Origin: Antedon mediterranea
Taxonomy: Eukaryota; Animalia; Echinodermata
DNA: 64,000 nucleotides
Assembly (NCBI RefSeq): GCF_964355755.1
Contig: NC_092672.1
Span: 16,753,237-16,817,236, forward strand
Direction of reading: 5' to 3'
Shown: in pieces, positions 12,433 to 27,455 of the stretch
Position numbering within the stretch: position 1 is the first letter of the stretch
Layout: the number at the start of each line of letters is the position of its first letter
Made by a program: the position numbers and the translations under genes
The notes under the pieces: generated by a model
Seen by the model: the letters and a program-made list of their open reading frames with translations, nothing else
Databases searched by the model: none
What the model was told of the DNA's origin: nothing

Positions 12433-13397
12433 AAAGTGCTTAAAATAGCTTCAAATCGCATTTGGAGAAGTTTTAAACCATTTTGTGATTTTCGAAAAAA
12501 CTTGTTAACATAAAAACATCAAAGTGTACAGAATAACTTCAAATCGCATTTGGAGACGTTTTAGACCATTTTGTGATTTTTGAAAAAACTTGTTAACATA
12601 AAAACACCAAAGTGCTTAGAATAGCTTCAAATCGCATTTTTAGACATTTTACACCCTTTTGTGATTTTCGAAAAAACTTGTTAAAATAAAAACATCAAAG
12701 TGTACAGAATAGCTTCAAATCGCATTTGGAGACGTTTTAGACCATTTTGTGATTTTGAAAAAAACTTAACATAAAAACACCAAAGAGCTTAGAATAGCTT
12801 CAAATCGCATTTTGAGACATTTTAGACCATTTTGTGATTTTCGAAAAAACTTGTTAAAATAAAAACATCAAAATGTACAGAATAGCTTCAAATCGCATTT
12901 GGAGACGTTTTAGACCATTTTGTGATTTTGAAAAAAACTTGTTAACATAAAAACACCAAAGAGCTTAGAATAGCTTCAAATCGCATTTTGAGACATTTTA
13001 GACCATTTTGTGTTTTTCGAAAAAACTTGTTAACATAAAAACATCAAAGTGTACAGAATAGCTTCAAATCGCATTTGGAGACGTTTTAGACCATTTTGTG
13101 ATTTTCGAAAAAACTTGTTAACATAAAAACATCAAAGTGCTTAGAATAGCTTCAAATCGCATTTGGAGACGTTTTAGACCATTTTGTGATTTTCGAAAAA
13201 ACTTGTTAACATAAAAACACCAAAGTGCTTAGAATAGCTTCAAATCGCATTTTGAGACATTTTAGACCCTTTTGTGATTTTCGAAAAAACTTGGTTACAC
13301 AAAAACACCAAAGTGCTTAAAATAGCTTCAAATCGCATTTAGAGACATTTTGGAATATTTTGTGATTTTCGAAAAAACTTGGTTAAACAAAAACACC
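12433..13397 (+). repeat. 965-bp higher-order block of 11 ordered A-type variants
   Basis: Fixed series of markers: gagaagttttaaacc, gtacagaataac, ttttacaccc, ttaaaata, 3-bp deletion aaaacttaac, aaagagctt, aaaatgtac, gtgtttttcg, gaatatttt. Whole or partial copies recur at least 13 more times. Confidence 0.87.
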
Positions 13398-14555
13398 AAA
13401 GTGCTTAAAATCACATTAGAAACCGTTTTAGACCATTTTGAGCATTTCGATAAAACTTTTCACACAAAAACATCAAAGAGCACAAAATAGCTTAATATCG
13501 TATTTAAAAACGTTTTTGACCATTTTGAGCATTTCGACAAAAAAATTTCACACAAAACAGCAAAGTGCACAGAATAACTTCAAATCGCATTTGGAGACGT
13601 TTTAGACCATTTTGTGATTTTCGAAAAAACTTGTTAACATAAAAACACCAAAGTGCTTAGAATAGCTTCAAATCGCATTTTGAGACATTTTAGACCCTTT
13701 TGTGATTTTTGAAAAAACTTGTTAACATAAAAACATCAAAGTGCTTCAAATCACATTAGAAACCGTTTTAGACCATTTTGAGAATTTCGATAAAACTTTT
13801 CACACAAAAACATCAAAGAGCACAAAATAGCTTAATATCGTATTTAAAAACGTTTTTGACCATTTTGAGCATTTAGACAAAAAATTTTCAAACAAAACAG
13901 CAAAGTGCACAGAATAACTTCAAATCGCATTTGGAGACGTTTTAGACCATTCTGTGATTTTCGAAAAAACTTGTTAACATAAAAACATCAAAGTGCTTAA
14001 AATCACATTAGAAACCGTTTTAGACCATTTTGAGCATTTCGATAAAACTTTTCACACAAAAACATTAAAGAGCACAAAATAGCTTAATATCGTATTTAAA
14101 AACGTTTTTGACCATTTTGAGCATTTCGACAAAAATTTTTCACACAAAACAGCAAAGTGTACAGAATAGCTTCAAATCGTATTTGGAGACGTTTTAGACC
14201 CTTTTGTGATTTTCGAAAAAACTTGTTAACATAAAAACACCAAAGTGCTTAGAATAGCTTCAAATCGCATTTTGAGACGTTTTAGACCCTTTTGTGATTT
14301 TCGAAAAAACTTGGTTACACAAAAACACCAAAGTGCTTAAAATAGCTTCAAATCGCATTTGGAGACATTTTAGACTATTTTGTGATTTTCGAAAAAACTT
14401 GTTAACATAAAAACATCAAAGTTCTTCAAATCACATTAGAAACCGTTTTAGACCATTTTGAGCATTTCGATAAAACTTTTCACACAAAAACATCAAAGAG
14501 CACAAAATAGCTTAATATCGTATTTAAAAACGTTTTTGACCATTTTGAGCATTTC

Positions 14556-17266
14556 GACAAAAAAATTTCACACAAAACAGAAAAGTGTACAGACTAGCTT
14601 CAAATCGTATTTGGAGACGTTTTAGACCTTTTTGTGATTTTCGAAAAAACTTGTTAACATAAAAACACCAAAGTGCTAAGAATAGCTTCAAATCGCATTT
14701 TAGACCATTTTGTGTTTTTCGAAAAAACTTGTTAACATAAAAACACCAAAGTGCTTAAAATCACATTAGAAACCGTTTTAGACCATTTTGAGCATTTCGA
14801 TAAAACTTTTCACACAAAAACATCAAAGAGCACAAAATAGCTTAATATCGTATTTAAAAACGTTTTTGACCATTTTGAGCATTTCGAAAAAAAAAATTTC
14901 ACACAAAACAGCAAAGTGCACAGAATAACTTCAAATCGCATTTGGAGACGTTTTAGACCTTTTTGTGATTTTCGAAAAAACTTGTTAACATAAAAACACC
15001 AAAGTGCTAAGAATAGCTTCAAATCGCATTTGGAGACATTTTAGACTATTTTGTGTTTTTCGAAAAAACTTGTTAACATAAAAACATCAAAGTGTACAGA
15101 ATAGCTTCAAATCGCATTTTGAGACATTTTAGACTATTTTGTGATTTTCGAAAAAACTTGTTAACATAAAAACATCAAAGTGCTTAAAATCACATTAGAA
15201 ACCGTTTTAGACCATTTTAAGCATTTCGATAAAACTTTTCACACAAAAACATCAAAGAGCACAAAATAGCTTAATATCGTATTTAAAAACGTTTTTGACC
15301 ATTTTGAGCATTTCGACAAAAAATTTTTACACAAAACAGCAAAGTGCACAGAATAACTTCAAATCGCATTTGGAGACGTTTTAGACCATTTTGTGATTTT
15401 CGAAAAAACTTGTTAACATAAAAATATCAAAGTGCTTCAAATCACATTAGAAACCGTTTTAGACCATTTTGAGCATTTCGACAAAACTTTTCACACAAAA
15501 ACATCAAAGAGCACAAAATAGCTTAATATCGTATTTAAAAACGTTTTTGACCATTTTGAGCATTTCGACAAAAAAATTTCACACAAAACAGCAAAGTGCA
15601 CAGAATAACTTCAAATCGCATTTGGAGACGTTTTAGAGCATTTTGTGATTTTCGAAAAAACTTGTTAACATAAAAACACCAAAGTGCTTAGAATAGCTTC
15701 AAATCGCATTTTGAGACATTTTAGACCCTTTTGTGATTTTTGAAAAAACTTGTTAACATAAAAACATCAAAGTGCTTCAAATCACATTAGAAACCGTTTT
15801 AGACCATTTTGAGCATTTCGATAAAACTTTTCACACAAAAACATCAAAGAGCACAAAATAGCTTAATATCGTATTTAAAAACGTTTTTGACCATTTTGAG
15901 CATTTAGACAAAAAAATTTCACACAAAACAGAAAAGTGTACAGACTAGCTTCAAATCGTATTTGGAGACGTTTTAGACCTTTTTGTGATTTTCGAAAAAA
16001 CTTGTTAACATAAAAACACCAAAGTGCTAAGAATAGCTTCAAATCGCATTTTAGACCATTTTGTGTTTTTCGAAAAAACTTGTTAACATAAAAACACCAA
16101 AGTGCTTAAAATCACATTAGAAACCGTTTTAGACCATTTTGAGCATTTCGATAAAACTTTTCACACAAAAACATCAAAGAGCACAAAATAGCTTAATATC
16201 GTATTTAAAAACGTTTTTGACCATTTTGAGCATTTCGAAAAAAAAAATTTCACACAAAACAGCAAAGTGCACAGAATAACTTCAAATCGCATTTGGAGAC
16301 GTTTTAGACCTTTTTGTGATTTTCGAAAAAACTTGTTAACATAAAAACACCAAAGTGCTAAGAATAGCTTCAAATCGCATTTGGAGACATTTTAGACTAT
16401 TTTGTGTTTTTCGAAAAAACTTGTTAACATAAAAACATCAAAGTGTACAGAATAGCTTCAAATCGCATTTTGAGACATTTTAGACTATTTTGTGATTTTC
16501 GAAAAAACTTGTTAACATAAAAACATCAAAGTGCTTAAAATCACATTAGAAACCGTTTTAGACCATTTTAAGCATTTCGATAAAACTTTTCACACAAAAA
16601 CATCAAAGAGCACAAAATAGCTTAATATCGTATTTAAAAACGTTTTTGACCATTTTGAGCATTTCGACAAAAAATTTTTACACAAAACAGCAAAGTGCAC
16701 AGAATAACTTCAAATCGCATTTGGAGACGTTTTAGACCATTTTGTGATTTTCGAAAAAACTTGTTAACATAAAAATATCAAAGTGCTTCAAATCACATTA
16801 GAAACCGTTTTAGACCATTTTGAGCATTTCGACAAAACTTTTCACACAAAAACATCAAAGAGCACAAAATAGCTTAATATCGTATTTAAAAACGTTTTTG
16901 ACCATTTTGAGCATTTCGACAAAAAAATTTCACACAAAACAGCAAAGTGCACAGAATAACTTCAAATCGCATTTGGAGACGTTTTAGAGCATTTTGTGAT
17001 TTTCGAAAAAACTTGTTAACATAAAAACACCAAAGTGCTTAGAATAGCTTCAAATCGCATTTTGAGACATTTTAGACCCTTTTGTGATTTTTGAAAAAAC
17101 TTGTTAACATAAAAACATCAAAGTGCTTCAAATCACATTAGAAACCGTTTTAGACCATTTTGAGCATTTCGATAAAACTTTTCACACAAAAACATCAAAG
17201 AGCACAAAATAGCTTAATATCGTATTTAAAAACGTTTTTGACCATTTTGAGCATTTAGACAAAAAA
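14556..17266 (+). repeat. Recent tandem duplication, period 1351 bp
   Basis: Identical ORF-track hits at 14810 and 16161. The private variants ttttagagca (15631/16982) and cagactagc share the same 1351-bp offset. Confidence 0.9.
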
Positions 17267-20200
17267 TTTTCAAACAAAACAGCAAAGTGCACAGAATAAC
17301 TTCAAATCGCATTTGGAGACGTTTTAGACCATTCTGTGATTTTCGAAAAAACTTGTTAACATAAAAACATCAAAGTGCTTAAAATCACATTAGAAACCGT
17401 TTTAGACCATTTTGAGCATTTCGATAAAACTTTTCACACAAAAAACATTAAAGAGCACAAAATAGCTTAATATCGTATTTAAAAACGTTTTTGACCATTT
17501 TGAGCATTTCGACAAAAATTTTTCACACAAAACAGCAAAGTGTACAGAATAGCTTCAAATCGTATTTGGAGACGTTTTAGACCTTTTTGTGATTTCCGAA
17601 AAAACTTGTTAACATAAAAACACCAAAGTGCTTAGAATAGCTTCAAATCGCATTTGGAGACGTTTTAGACCATTTTGTGATTTTCGAAAAAACTTGTTAA
17701 CATAAAAACACCAAAGTGCTTAGAATAGCTTCAAATCGCATTTTGAGACATTTTAGACCCTTTTGTGATTTTCGAAAAAACTTGTTTACACAAAAACACC
17801 AAAGTGCTTAAAATAGCTTCAAATTGCATTTGGAGACGTTTTAGACCATTTTGTGATTTTCGAAAAAACTTGTTACCATAAAAACACCAAAGTGCTTAGA
17901 TTAGCTTCAAATCGCATTTTGAGACATTTTAGACCCTTTTGTGATTTTCGAAAAAACTTGTTAACATAAAAACACCAAAGAGCTTAGAATAGCTTCAAAT
18001 CGCATTTTGAGACATTTTAGACCATTTTGTGATTTTCGAAAAAACTTGTTAACATAAAAACACCAAAGTGCTTAAAATAGCTTCAAATCGCATTTGGAGA
18101 AGTTTTAAACCATTTTGTGATTTTCGAAAAAACTTGTTAACATAAAAACATCAAAGTGTACAGAATAACTTCAAATCGCATTTGGAGACGTTTTAGACCA
18201 TTTTGTGATTTTTGAAAAAACTTGTTAACATAAAAACACCAAAGTGCTTAGAATAGCTTCAAATCGCATTTTTAGACATTTTACACCCTTTTGTGATTTT
18301 CGAAAAAACTTGTTAAAATAAAAACATCAAAGTGTACAGAATAGCTTCAAATCGCATTTGGAGACGTTTTAGACCATTTTGTGATTTTGAAAAAAGCTTA
18401 ACATAAAAACACCAAAGAGCTTAGAATAGCTTCAAATCGCATTTTGAGACATTTTAGACCATTTTGTGATTTTCGAAAAAACTTGTTAAAATAAAAACAT
18501 CAAAATGTACAGAATAGCTTCAAATCGCATTTGGAGACGTTTTAGACCATTTTGTGATTTTGAAAAAAACTTGTTAACATAAAAACACCAAAGAGCTTAG
18601 AATAGCTTCAAATCGCATTTTGAGACATTTTAGACCATTTTGTGTTTTTCGAAAAAACTTGTTAACATAAAAACATCAAAGTGTACAGAATAGCTTCAAA
18701 TCGCATTTTGAGACGTTTTAGACCATTTTGTGATTTTCGAAAAAACTTGTTAACATAAAAACATCAAAGTGCTTAAAATCACATTAGAAACCGTTTTAGA
18801 CCATTTTAAGCATTTCGATAAAACTTTTCACACAAAAACATCAAAGAGCACAAAATAGCTTAATATCGTATTTAAAAACGTTTTTGACAATTTTGAGCAT
18901 TTCGACAAAAAATTTTTACACAAAACAGCAAAGTGCACAGAATAACTTCAAATCGCATTTGGAGACGTTTTAGACCATTTTGTGATTTTCGAAAAAACTT
19001 GTTAACATAAAAACATCAAAGTGCTTCAAATCACATTAGAAACCGTTTTAGACCATTTTGAGCATTTCGACAAAACTTTTCACACAAAAACATCAAAGAG
19101 CACAAAATAGCTTAATATCGTATTTAAAAACGTTTTTGACCATTTTGAGCATTTCGACAAAAAAATTTCACACAAAACAGCAAAGTGCACAGAATAACTT
19201 CAAATCGCATTTGGAGACGTTTTAGACCATTTTGTGATTTTCGAAAAAACTTGTTAACATAAAAACACCAAAGTGCTTAGAATAGCTTCAAATCGCGTTT
19301 TGAGACATTTTAGACCCTTTTGTGATTTTTGAAAAAACTTGTTAACATAAAAACATCAAAGTGCTTCAAATCACATTAGAAACTGTTTTAGACCATTTTG
19401 AGCATTTCGATAAAACTTTTCACACAAAAACATCAAAGAGCACAAAATAGCTTAATATCGTATTTAAAAACGTTTTTGACCATTTTGAGCATTTAGACAA
19501 AAAATTTTCAAACAAAACAGCAAAGTGCACAGAATAACTTCAAATCGCATTTGGAGACGTTTTAGACCATTCTGTGATTTTCGAAAAAACTTGTTAACAT
19601 AAAAACATCAAAGTGCTTAAAATCACATTAGAAACCGTTTTAGACCATTTTGAGCATTTCGATAAAACTTTTCACACAAAAACATTAAAGAGCACAAAAT
19701 AGCTTAATATCGTATTTAAAAACGTTTTTGACCATTTTGAGCATTTCGACAAAAATTTTTCACACAAAACAGCAAAGTGTACAGAATAGCTTCAAATCGT
19801 ATTTGGAGACGTTTTAGACCTTTTTGTGATTTTCGAAAAAACTTGTTAACATAAAAACACCAAAGTGCTAAGAATAGCTTCAAATCGCATTTGGAGACAT
19901 TTTAGACCACTTTGTGATTTTCGAAAAAACTTGTTAACATAAAAACATCAAAGTGCTTAAAATCACATTAGAAACCGTTTTAGACCATTTTGAGCATTTC
20001 GACAAAAAATTTTCACACAAAACAGCAAAGTGTACAGAATAGCTTCAAATCGTATTTGGAGACGTTTTAGACCTTTTTGTGATTTTCAAAAAAACTTGTT
20101 AACATAAAAACACTAAAGTGCTTAGAATAGCTTCAAATCGTATTTGGAGACGTTTTAGACCTTTTTGTGATTTTCGAAAAAACTTGTTAACATAAAAACA

Positions 20201-23200
20201 CCAAAGTGCTTAGAATAGCTTCAAATCGCATTTGGAGACGTTTTAGACCATTCTGTGATTTTCGAAAAAACTTGTTAACATAAAAACATCAAAGTGCTTA
20301 AAATCACATTAGAAACCGTTTTAGACCATTTTGAGCATTTCGATAAAACTTTTCACACAAAAACATCAAAGAGCACAAAATAGCTTAATATCGTATTTAA
20401 AAACGTTTTTGACCATTTTGAGCATTTAGACAAAAAATTTTCAAACAAAACAGCAAAGTGCACAGATTAACTTCAAATCGCATTTGGAGACGTTTTAGAA
20501 CATTCTGTGATTTTCGAAAAAACTTGTTAACATAAAAACATCAAAGTGCTTAAAATCACATTAGAAACCGTTTTAGACCATTTTGAGCATTTCGATAAAA
20601 CTTTTCAGACAAAAACATTAAAGAGCACAAAATAGCTTAATATCGTATTTAAAAACGTTTTTGACCATTTTGAGCATTCAAAAAAAAATTTCACACAAAA
20701 CAGCAAAGTGCACAGAATAACTCCAAATCGCATTTGGAGACGTTTTAGACCATTTTGTGATTTTCGAAAAAACTTGTTAACATAAAAACACCAAAGTGCT
20801 TACAATAGCTTCAAATCGCATTTTGAGACATTTTAGACCCTTTTGTGATTTTCGAAAAAACTTGGTTACACAAAAACACCAAAGTGCTTAAAATAGCTTC
20901 AAATTGCATTTGGAGACGTTTTAGACCATTTTGTGATTTTCGAAAAAACTTGTTACCATAAAAACACCAAAGTGCTTAGATTAGCTTCAAATCGCATTTT
21001 GAGACATTTTAGACCCTTTTGTGATTTTCGAAAAAACTTGTTAACATAAAAACACCAAAGAGCTTAGAATAGCTTCAAATCGCATTTTGAGACATTTTAG
21101 ACCATTTTGTGATTTTGGAAAAAACTTGTTAACATAAAAACACCAAAGTGCTTAAAATAGCTTCAAATCGCATTTGGAGAAGTTTTAAACCATTTTGTGA
21201 TTTTCGAAAAAACTTGTTAACATAAAAACATCAAAGTGTACAGAATAACTTCAAATCGCATTTGGAGACGTTTTAGACCATTTTGTGATTTTTGAAAAAA
21301 CTTGTTAACATAAAAACACCAAAGTGCTTAGAATAGCTTCAAATCGCATTTTTAGACATTTTACACCCTTTTGTGATTTTCGAAAAAACTTGTTAAAATA
21401 AAAACATCAAAGTGTACAGAATAGCTTCAAATCGCATTTGGAGACGTTTTAGACCATTTTGTGATTTTGAAAAAAACTTAACATAAAAACACCAAAGAGC
21501 TTAGAATAGCTTCAAATCGCATTTTGAGACATTTTAGACCATTTTGTGATTTTCGAAAAAACTTGTTAAAATAAAAACATCAAAATGTACAGAATAGCTT
21601 CAAATCGCATTTGGAGACGTTTTAGACCATTTTGTGATTTTGAAAAAAACTTGTTAACATAAAAACACCAAAGAGCTTAGAATAGCTTCAAATCGCATTT
21701 TGAGACATTTTAGACCATTTTGTGTTTTTCGAAAAAAACTTGTTAACATAAAAACATCAAAGTGTACAGAATAGCTTCAAATCGCATTTGGAGACGTTTT
21801 AGACCATTTTGTGATTTTCGAAAAAACTTGTTAACATAAAAACATCAAAGTGCTTAGAATAGCTTCAAATCGCATTTGGAGACGTTTTAGACCATTTTGT
21901 GATTTTCGAAAAAACTTGTTAACATAAAAACACCAAAGTGCTTAGAATAGCTTCAAATCGCATTTTGAGACATTTTAGACCCTTTTGTAATTTTCGAAAA
22001 AACTTGGTTACACAAAAACACCAAAGTGCTTAAAATAGCTTCAAATCGCATTTGGAGACATTTTAGAATATTTTGTGATTTTCGAAAAAACTTGGTTACA
22101 CAAAAACACCAAAGTGCTTAAAATCACATTAGAAACCATTTTAGACCATTTTGAGCATTTCGATAAAACTTTTCACACAAAAACATCAAAGAGCACAAAA
22201 TAGCTTAATATCGTATTTAAAAACGTTTTTGACCATTTTGAGCATTTCGACAAAAAAATTTGACACAAAACAGCAAAGTGCACAGAATAACTTCAAATCG
22301 CATTTGGAGACGTTTTAGACCATTTTGTGATTTTCGAAAAAACTTGTTAACATAAAAACACCAAAGTGCTTAGAATAGCTTCAAATCGCATTTTGAGACA
22401 TTTTAGACCCTTTTGTGATTTTTGAAAAAACTTGTTAACATAAAAACATCAAAGTGCTTCAAATCACATTAGAAACCGTTTTAGACCATTTTGAGAATTT
22501 CGATAAAACTTTTCAAACAAAAACATCAAAGAGCACAAAATAGCTTAATATCGTATTTAAAAACGTTTTTGACCATTTTGAGCATTTAGACAAAAAATTT
22601 TGAAACAAAACAGCAAAGTGCACAGAATAACTTCAAATCGCATTTGGAGACGTTTTAGACCATTCTGTGATTTTCGAAAAAACTTGTTAACATAAAAACA
22701 TCAAAGTGCTTAAAATCACATTAGAAACCGTTTTAGACCATTTTGAGCATTTCGATAAAACTTTTCACACAAAAACATTAAAGAGCACAAAATAGCTTAA
22801 TATCGTATTTAAAAACGTTTTTGACCATTTTGAGCATTTCGACAAAAATTTTTCACACAAAACAGCAAAGTGTACAGAATAGCTTCAAATCGTATTTGGA
22901 GACGTTTTAGACCTCTTTGTGATTTTCGAAAAAACTTGTTAACATAAAAACACCAAAGTGCTTAGAATAGCTTCAAATCGCATTTTGAGACGTTTTAGAC
23001 CCTTTTGTGATTTTCGAAAAATCTTGGTTACACAAAAACACCAAAGTGCTTAAAATAGCTTCAAATCGCATTTGGAGACATTTTAGACTATTTTGTGATT
23101 TTCGAAAAAACTTGTTAACATAAAAACATCAAAGTTCTTCAAATCACATTAGAAACCCTTTTAGAACATTTTGAGCATTTCGACAAAAATTTTTCACACA

Positions 23201-26200
23201 AAACAGCAAAGTGTACAGAATAGCTTCAAATCGTATTTGGAGACGTTTTAGACCATTTTTTGATTTTCGAAAAAACTTGTTACCATAAAAACACCAAAGT
23301 GCTTAGAATAGCTTCAAATCGCATTTTGAGACGTTTTAGACAATTCTGTGATTTTCGAAAAAACTTGTTAACATAAAAACATTAAAGTGCTTAAAATCAC
23401 ATTAGAATCCGTTTTAGACCATTTTGAGCATTTCGATAAAACTTTTCAAACAAAAACATCAAAGAGCACAAAATAGCTTAATATCGTATTTAAAAACGTT
23501 TTTGACCATTTTGAGCATTTCGACAAAAAATTTTCACACAAAACAGCAAAGTGCACAAAATAACTTCAAATCGCATTTGGAGACGTTTTAGACAATTTTG
23601 TGATTTTCGAAAAAACTTGTTAACATAAAAACACCAAAGTGCTAAGAATAGCTTCAAATCGCATTTGGAGACATTTTAGACCATTTTGTGATTTTCGAAA
23701 AAACTTGTTAAGATAAAAACATCAAAGTGTACACAATAGCTTCAAATCGCATTTGGAGACGTTTTAGACCATTTTGTGATTTTCGAAAAAACTTGTTAAC
23801 ATAAAAACACCAAAGTGCTTAGAATAGCTTCAAATCGCATTTTGAGACATTTTAGACCCTTTTGTGATTTTCGAAAAAACTTGGTTACACAAAAACACCA
23901 AAGTGCTTAAAATAGCTTCAAATCGCATTTGTAGAAGTTTTAAACCATTTTGTGATTTTCGAAAAAACTTGTTAACATAAAAACATCAAAGTGGACAGAA
24001 TAACTTCAAATCCCATTTGGAGACGTTTTAGACCATTTTGTGATTTTTGAAAAAACTTGTTAACATAAAAACACCAAAGTGCTTAGAATAGCTTCAAATC
24101 GCATTTTGAGACATTTTACACCCTTTTGTGATTTTCGAAAAAACTTGTTAAAATAAAAACATCAAAGTGTACAGAATAGCTTCAAATCGCATTTGGAGAC
24201 GTTTTAGACCATTTTGTGATTTTGAAAAAAACTTAACATAAAAACACCAAAGAGCTTAGAATAGCTTCAAATCGCATTTTGAGACATTTTAGACCATTTT
24301 GTGATTTTCGAAAAAACTTGTTAAAATAAAAACATCAAAATGTACAGAATAGCTTCAAATCGCATTTGGAGACGTTTTAGACCATTTTGTGATTTTGAAA
24401 AAAACTTGTTAACATAAAAACACCAAAGAGCTTAGAATAGCTTCAAATCGCATTTTGAGACATTTTAGACCATTTTGTGTTTTTCGAAAAAACTTGTTAA
24501 CATAAAAACATCAAAGTGTACAGAATAGCTTCAAATCGCATTTGGAGACGTTTTAGACCATTTTGTGATTTTCGAAAAAACTTGTTAACATAAAAACATC
24601 AAAGTGCTTAGAATAGCTTCAAATCGCATTTGGAGACGTTTTAGACCATTTTGTGATTTTCGAAAAAACTTGGTTACACAAAAACACCAAAGTGCTTAAA
24701 ATAGCTTCAAATCGCATTTGGAGACATTTTAGAATATTTTGTGATTTTCGAAAAAACTTGGTTACACAAAAACACCAAAGTGCTTAAAATCACATTAGAA
24801 ACCGTTTTAGACCATTTTGAGCATTTCGATAAAACTTTTCACACAAAAACATCAAAGAGCACAAAATAGCTTAATATCGTATTTAAAAACGTTTTTGACC
24901 ATTTTGAGCATTTCGAAAAAAAAATTTTCACACAAAACAGCAAAGTGCACAGAATAACTTCAAATCGCATTTGGAGACGTTTTAGACCTTTTTGTGATTT
25001 TCGAAAAAACTTGTTAACATAAAAACACCAAAGTGCTAAGAATAGCTTCAAATCGCATTTGGAGACATTTTAGACCACTTTGTGATTTTCGAAAAAACTT
25101 GTTAACATAAAAACATCAAAGTGCTTAAAATCACATTAGAAACCGTTTTAGACCATTTTGAGCATTTCGACAAAAAATTTTCACACAAAACAGCAAAGTG
25201 TACAGAATAGCTTCAAATCGTATTTGGAGACGTTTTAGACCTTTTTGTGATTTTCAAAAAAACTTGTTAACATAAAAACACCAAAGTGCTTAGAATAGCT
25301 TCAAATCGCATTTGGAGACGTTTTAGACCATTTTTTGATTTTCGAAAAAACTTGTTACCATAAAAACACCAAAGTGCTTAGAATAGCTTCAAATCGCATT
25401 TTGAGACGTTTTAGACCATTCTGTGATTTTCGAAAAAACTTGTTAACATAAAAACATCAAAGTGCTTAAAATCACATTAGAAACCGTTTTAGACCATTTT
25501 GAGCATTTCGATAAAACTTTTTACACAAAAACATCAAAGAGCACAAAATAGCTTAATATCGTATTTAAAAACGTTTTTGACCATTTTGAGCATTTAGACA
25601 AAAAATTTTCAAACAAAACAGCAAAGTGCACAGAATAACTTCAAATCGCCTTTTGAGACGTTTTAGACCATTCTGTGATTTTCGAAAAAACTTGTTAACA
25701 TAAAAACATCAAAGTGCTTAAAATCACATTAGAAACCGTTTTAGGCCATTTTGAGCATTTCGATAAAACTTTTCACACAAAAACATTAAAGAGCACAAAA
25801 TAGCTTAATATCGTATTTAAAAACGTTTTTGACCATTTTGAGCATTTCGACAAAAATTTTTCACACAAAACAGCAAAGTGTACAGAATAGCTTCAAATCG
25901 TATTTGGAGACGTTTTAGACTTTTTTGTGATTTTCGAAAATACTTGTTAACATAAAAACACCAAAGTGCTTAGAATAGCTTCAAATCGCATTTGGAGACG
26001 TTTTAGACCATTTTTTGATTTTCGAAAAAACTTGTTACCATAAAAACACCAAAGTGCTTAGAATAGCTTCAAATCGCATTTTGAGACGTTTTAGATCTTT
26101 CTGTGATTTTCGAAAAAACTTGTTAACATAAAAACATCAAAGTGCTTAAAATCACATTAGAAACCGTTTTAGACCATTTTGAGCATTTCGATAAAACTTT

Positions 26201-27455
26201 TCACACAAAAACATCAAAGAGCACAAAATAGCTTAATATCGTATTTAAAAACGTTTTTGACCATTTTGAGCATTTCGACAAAAAATTTTCAAACAAAACA
26301 GCAAAGTGCACAGAATAACTTCAAATCGCATTTGGAGACGTTTTAGACCATTTTGTGATTTTCGAAAAAACTTGTTAACATAAAAACACCAAAGTGCTTA
26401 GAATAGCTTCAAATCGCATTTGGAGTCGTTTTAGACCATGTTGTGATTTTCGAAAAAACTTTTTAACATAAAAACACCAAAGTGCTTAGAATGGCTTCAA
26501 ATCGCATTTGGAGACATTTTAGACTATTTTGTGATTTTCGAAAAAACTTAAGATAAAAATATCAAAGTGCTTCAAATCACATTAGAAACCGTTTTAGACC
26601 ATTTTGAGCATTTCGACAAAAATTTTTCACACAAAACAGCAAAGTGTACAGAATAGCTTCAAATCGTATTTGGAGACGTTTTAGACCTTTTTGTGATTTT
26701 CGAAAAAACTTGTTAACATAAAAACACCAAAGTGCTTAGAATAGCTTCAAATCGCATTTGGAGACGTTTTAGACCATTTTTTGATTTTCGAAAAAACTTG
26801 TTAACATAAAAACACCAAAGTGCTTAGAATAGCTTCAAATCGCATTTTGAGACGTTTTAGACCATTCTGTGATTTTCGAAAAAACTTGTTAACATAAAAA
26901 CATCAAAGTGCTTAAAATCACATTAGAATCCGTTTTAGACCATTTTGAGCATTTCGATAAAACTTTTCAAACAAAAACATCAAAGAGCACAAAATAGCTT
27001 AATATCGTATTTAAAAACGTTTTTGACCATTTTGAGCATTTCGACAAAAAATTTTCACACAAAACAGCAAAGTGCACAGAATAACTTCAAATCGCATTTG
27101 GAGACGTTTTAGACAATTTTGTGATTTTCGAAAAAACTTGTTAACATAAAAACACCAAAGTGCTAAGAATAGCTTCAAATCGCATTTGGAGACATTTTAG
27201 ACCATTTTGTGATTTTCGAAAAAACTTATTAAGATAAAAACATCAAAGTGTACACAATAGCTTCAAATCGCATTTGGAGACGTTTTAGACCATTTTGTGA
27301 TTTTCGAAAAAACTTGTTAACATAAAAATTCCAAAGTGCTAAGAATAGCTTCAAATCGCATTTGGAGACATTTTAGACCATTTTGTGATTTTCGAAAAAA
27401 CTTGTTAATATAAAAACATCAAAGTGTACAGAATAGCTTCAAATCGCATTTGGAG

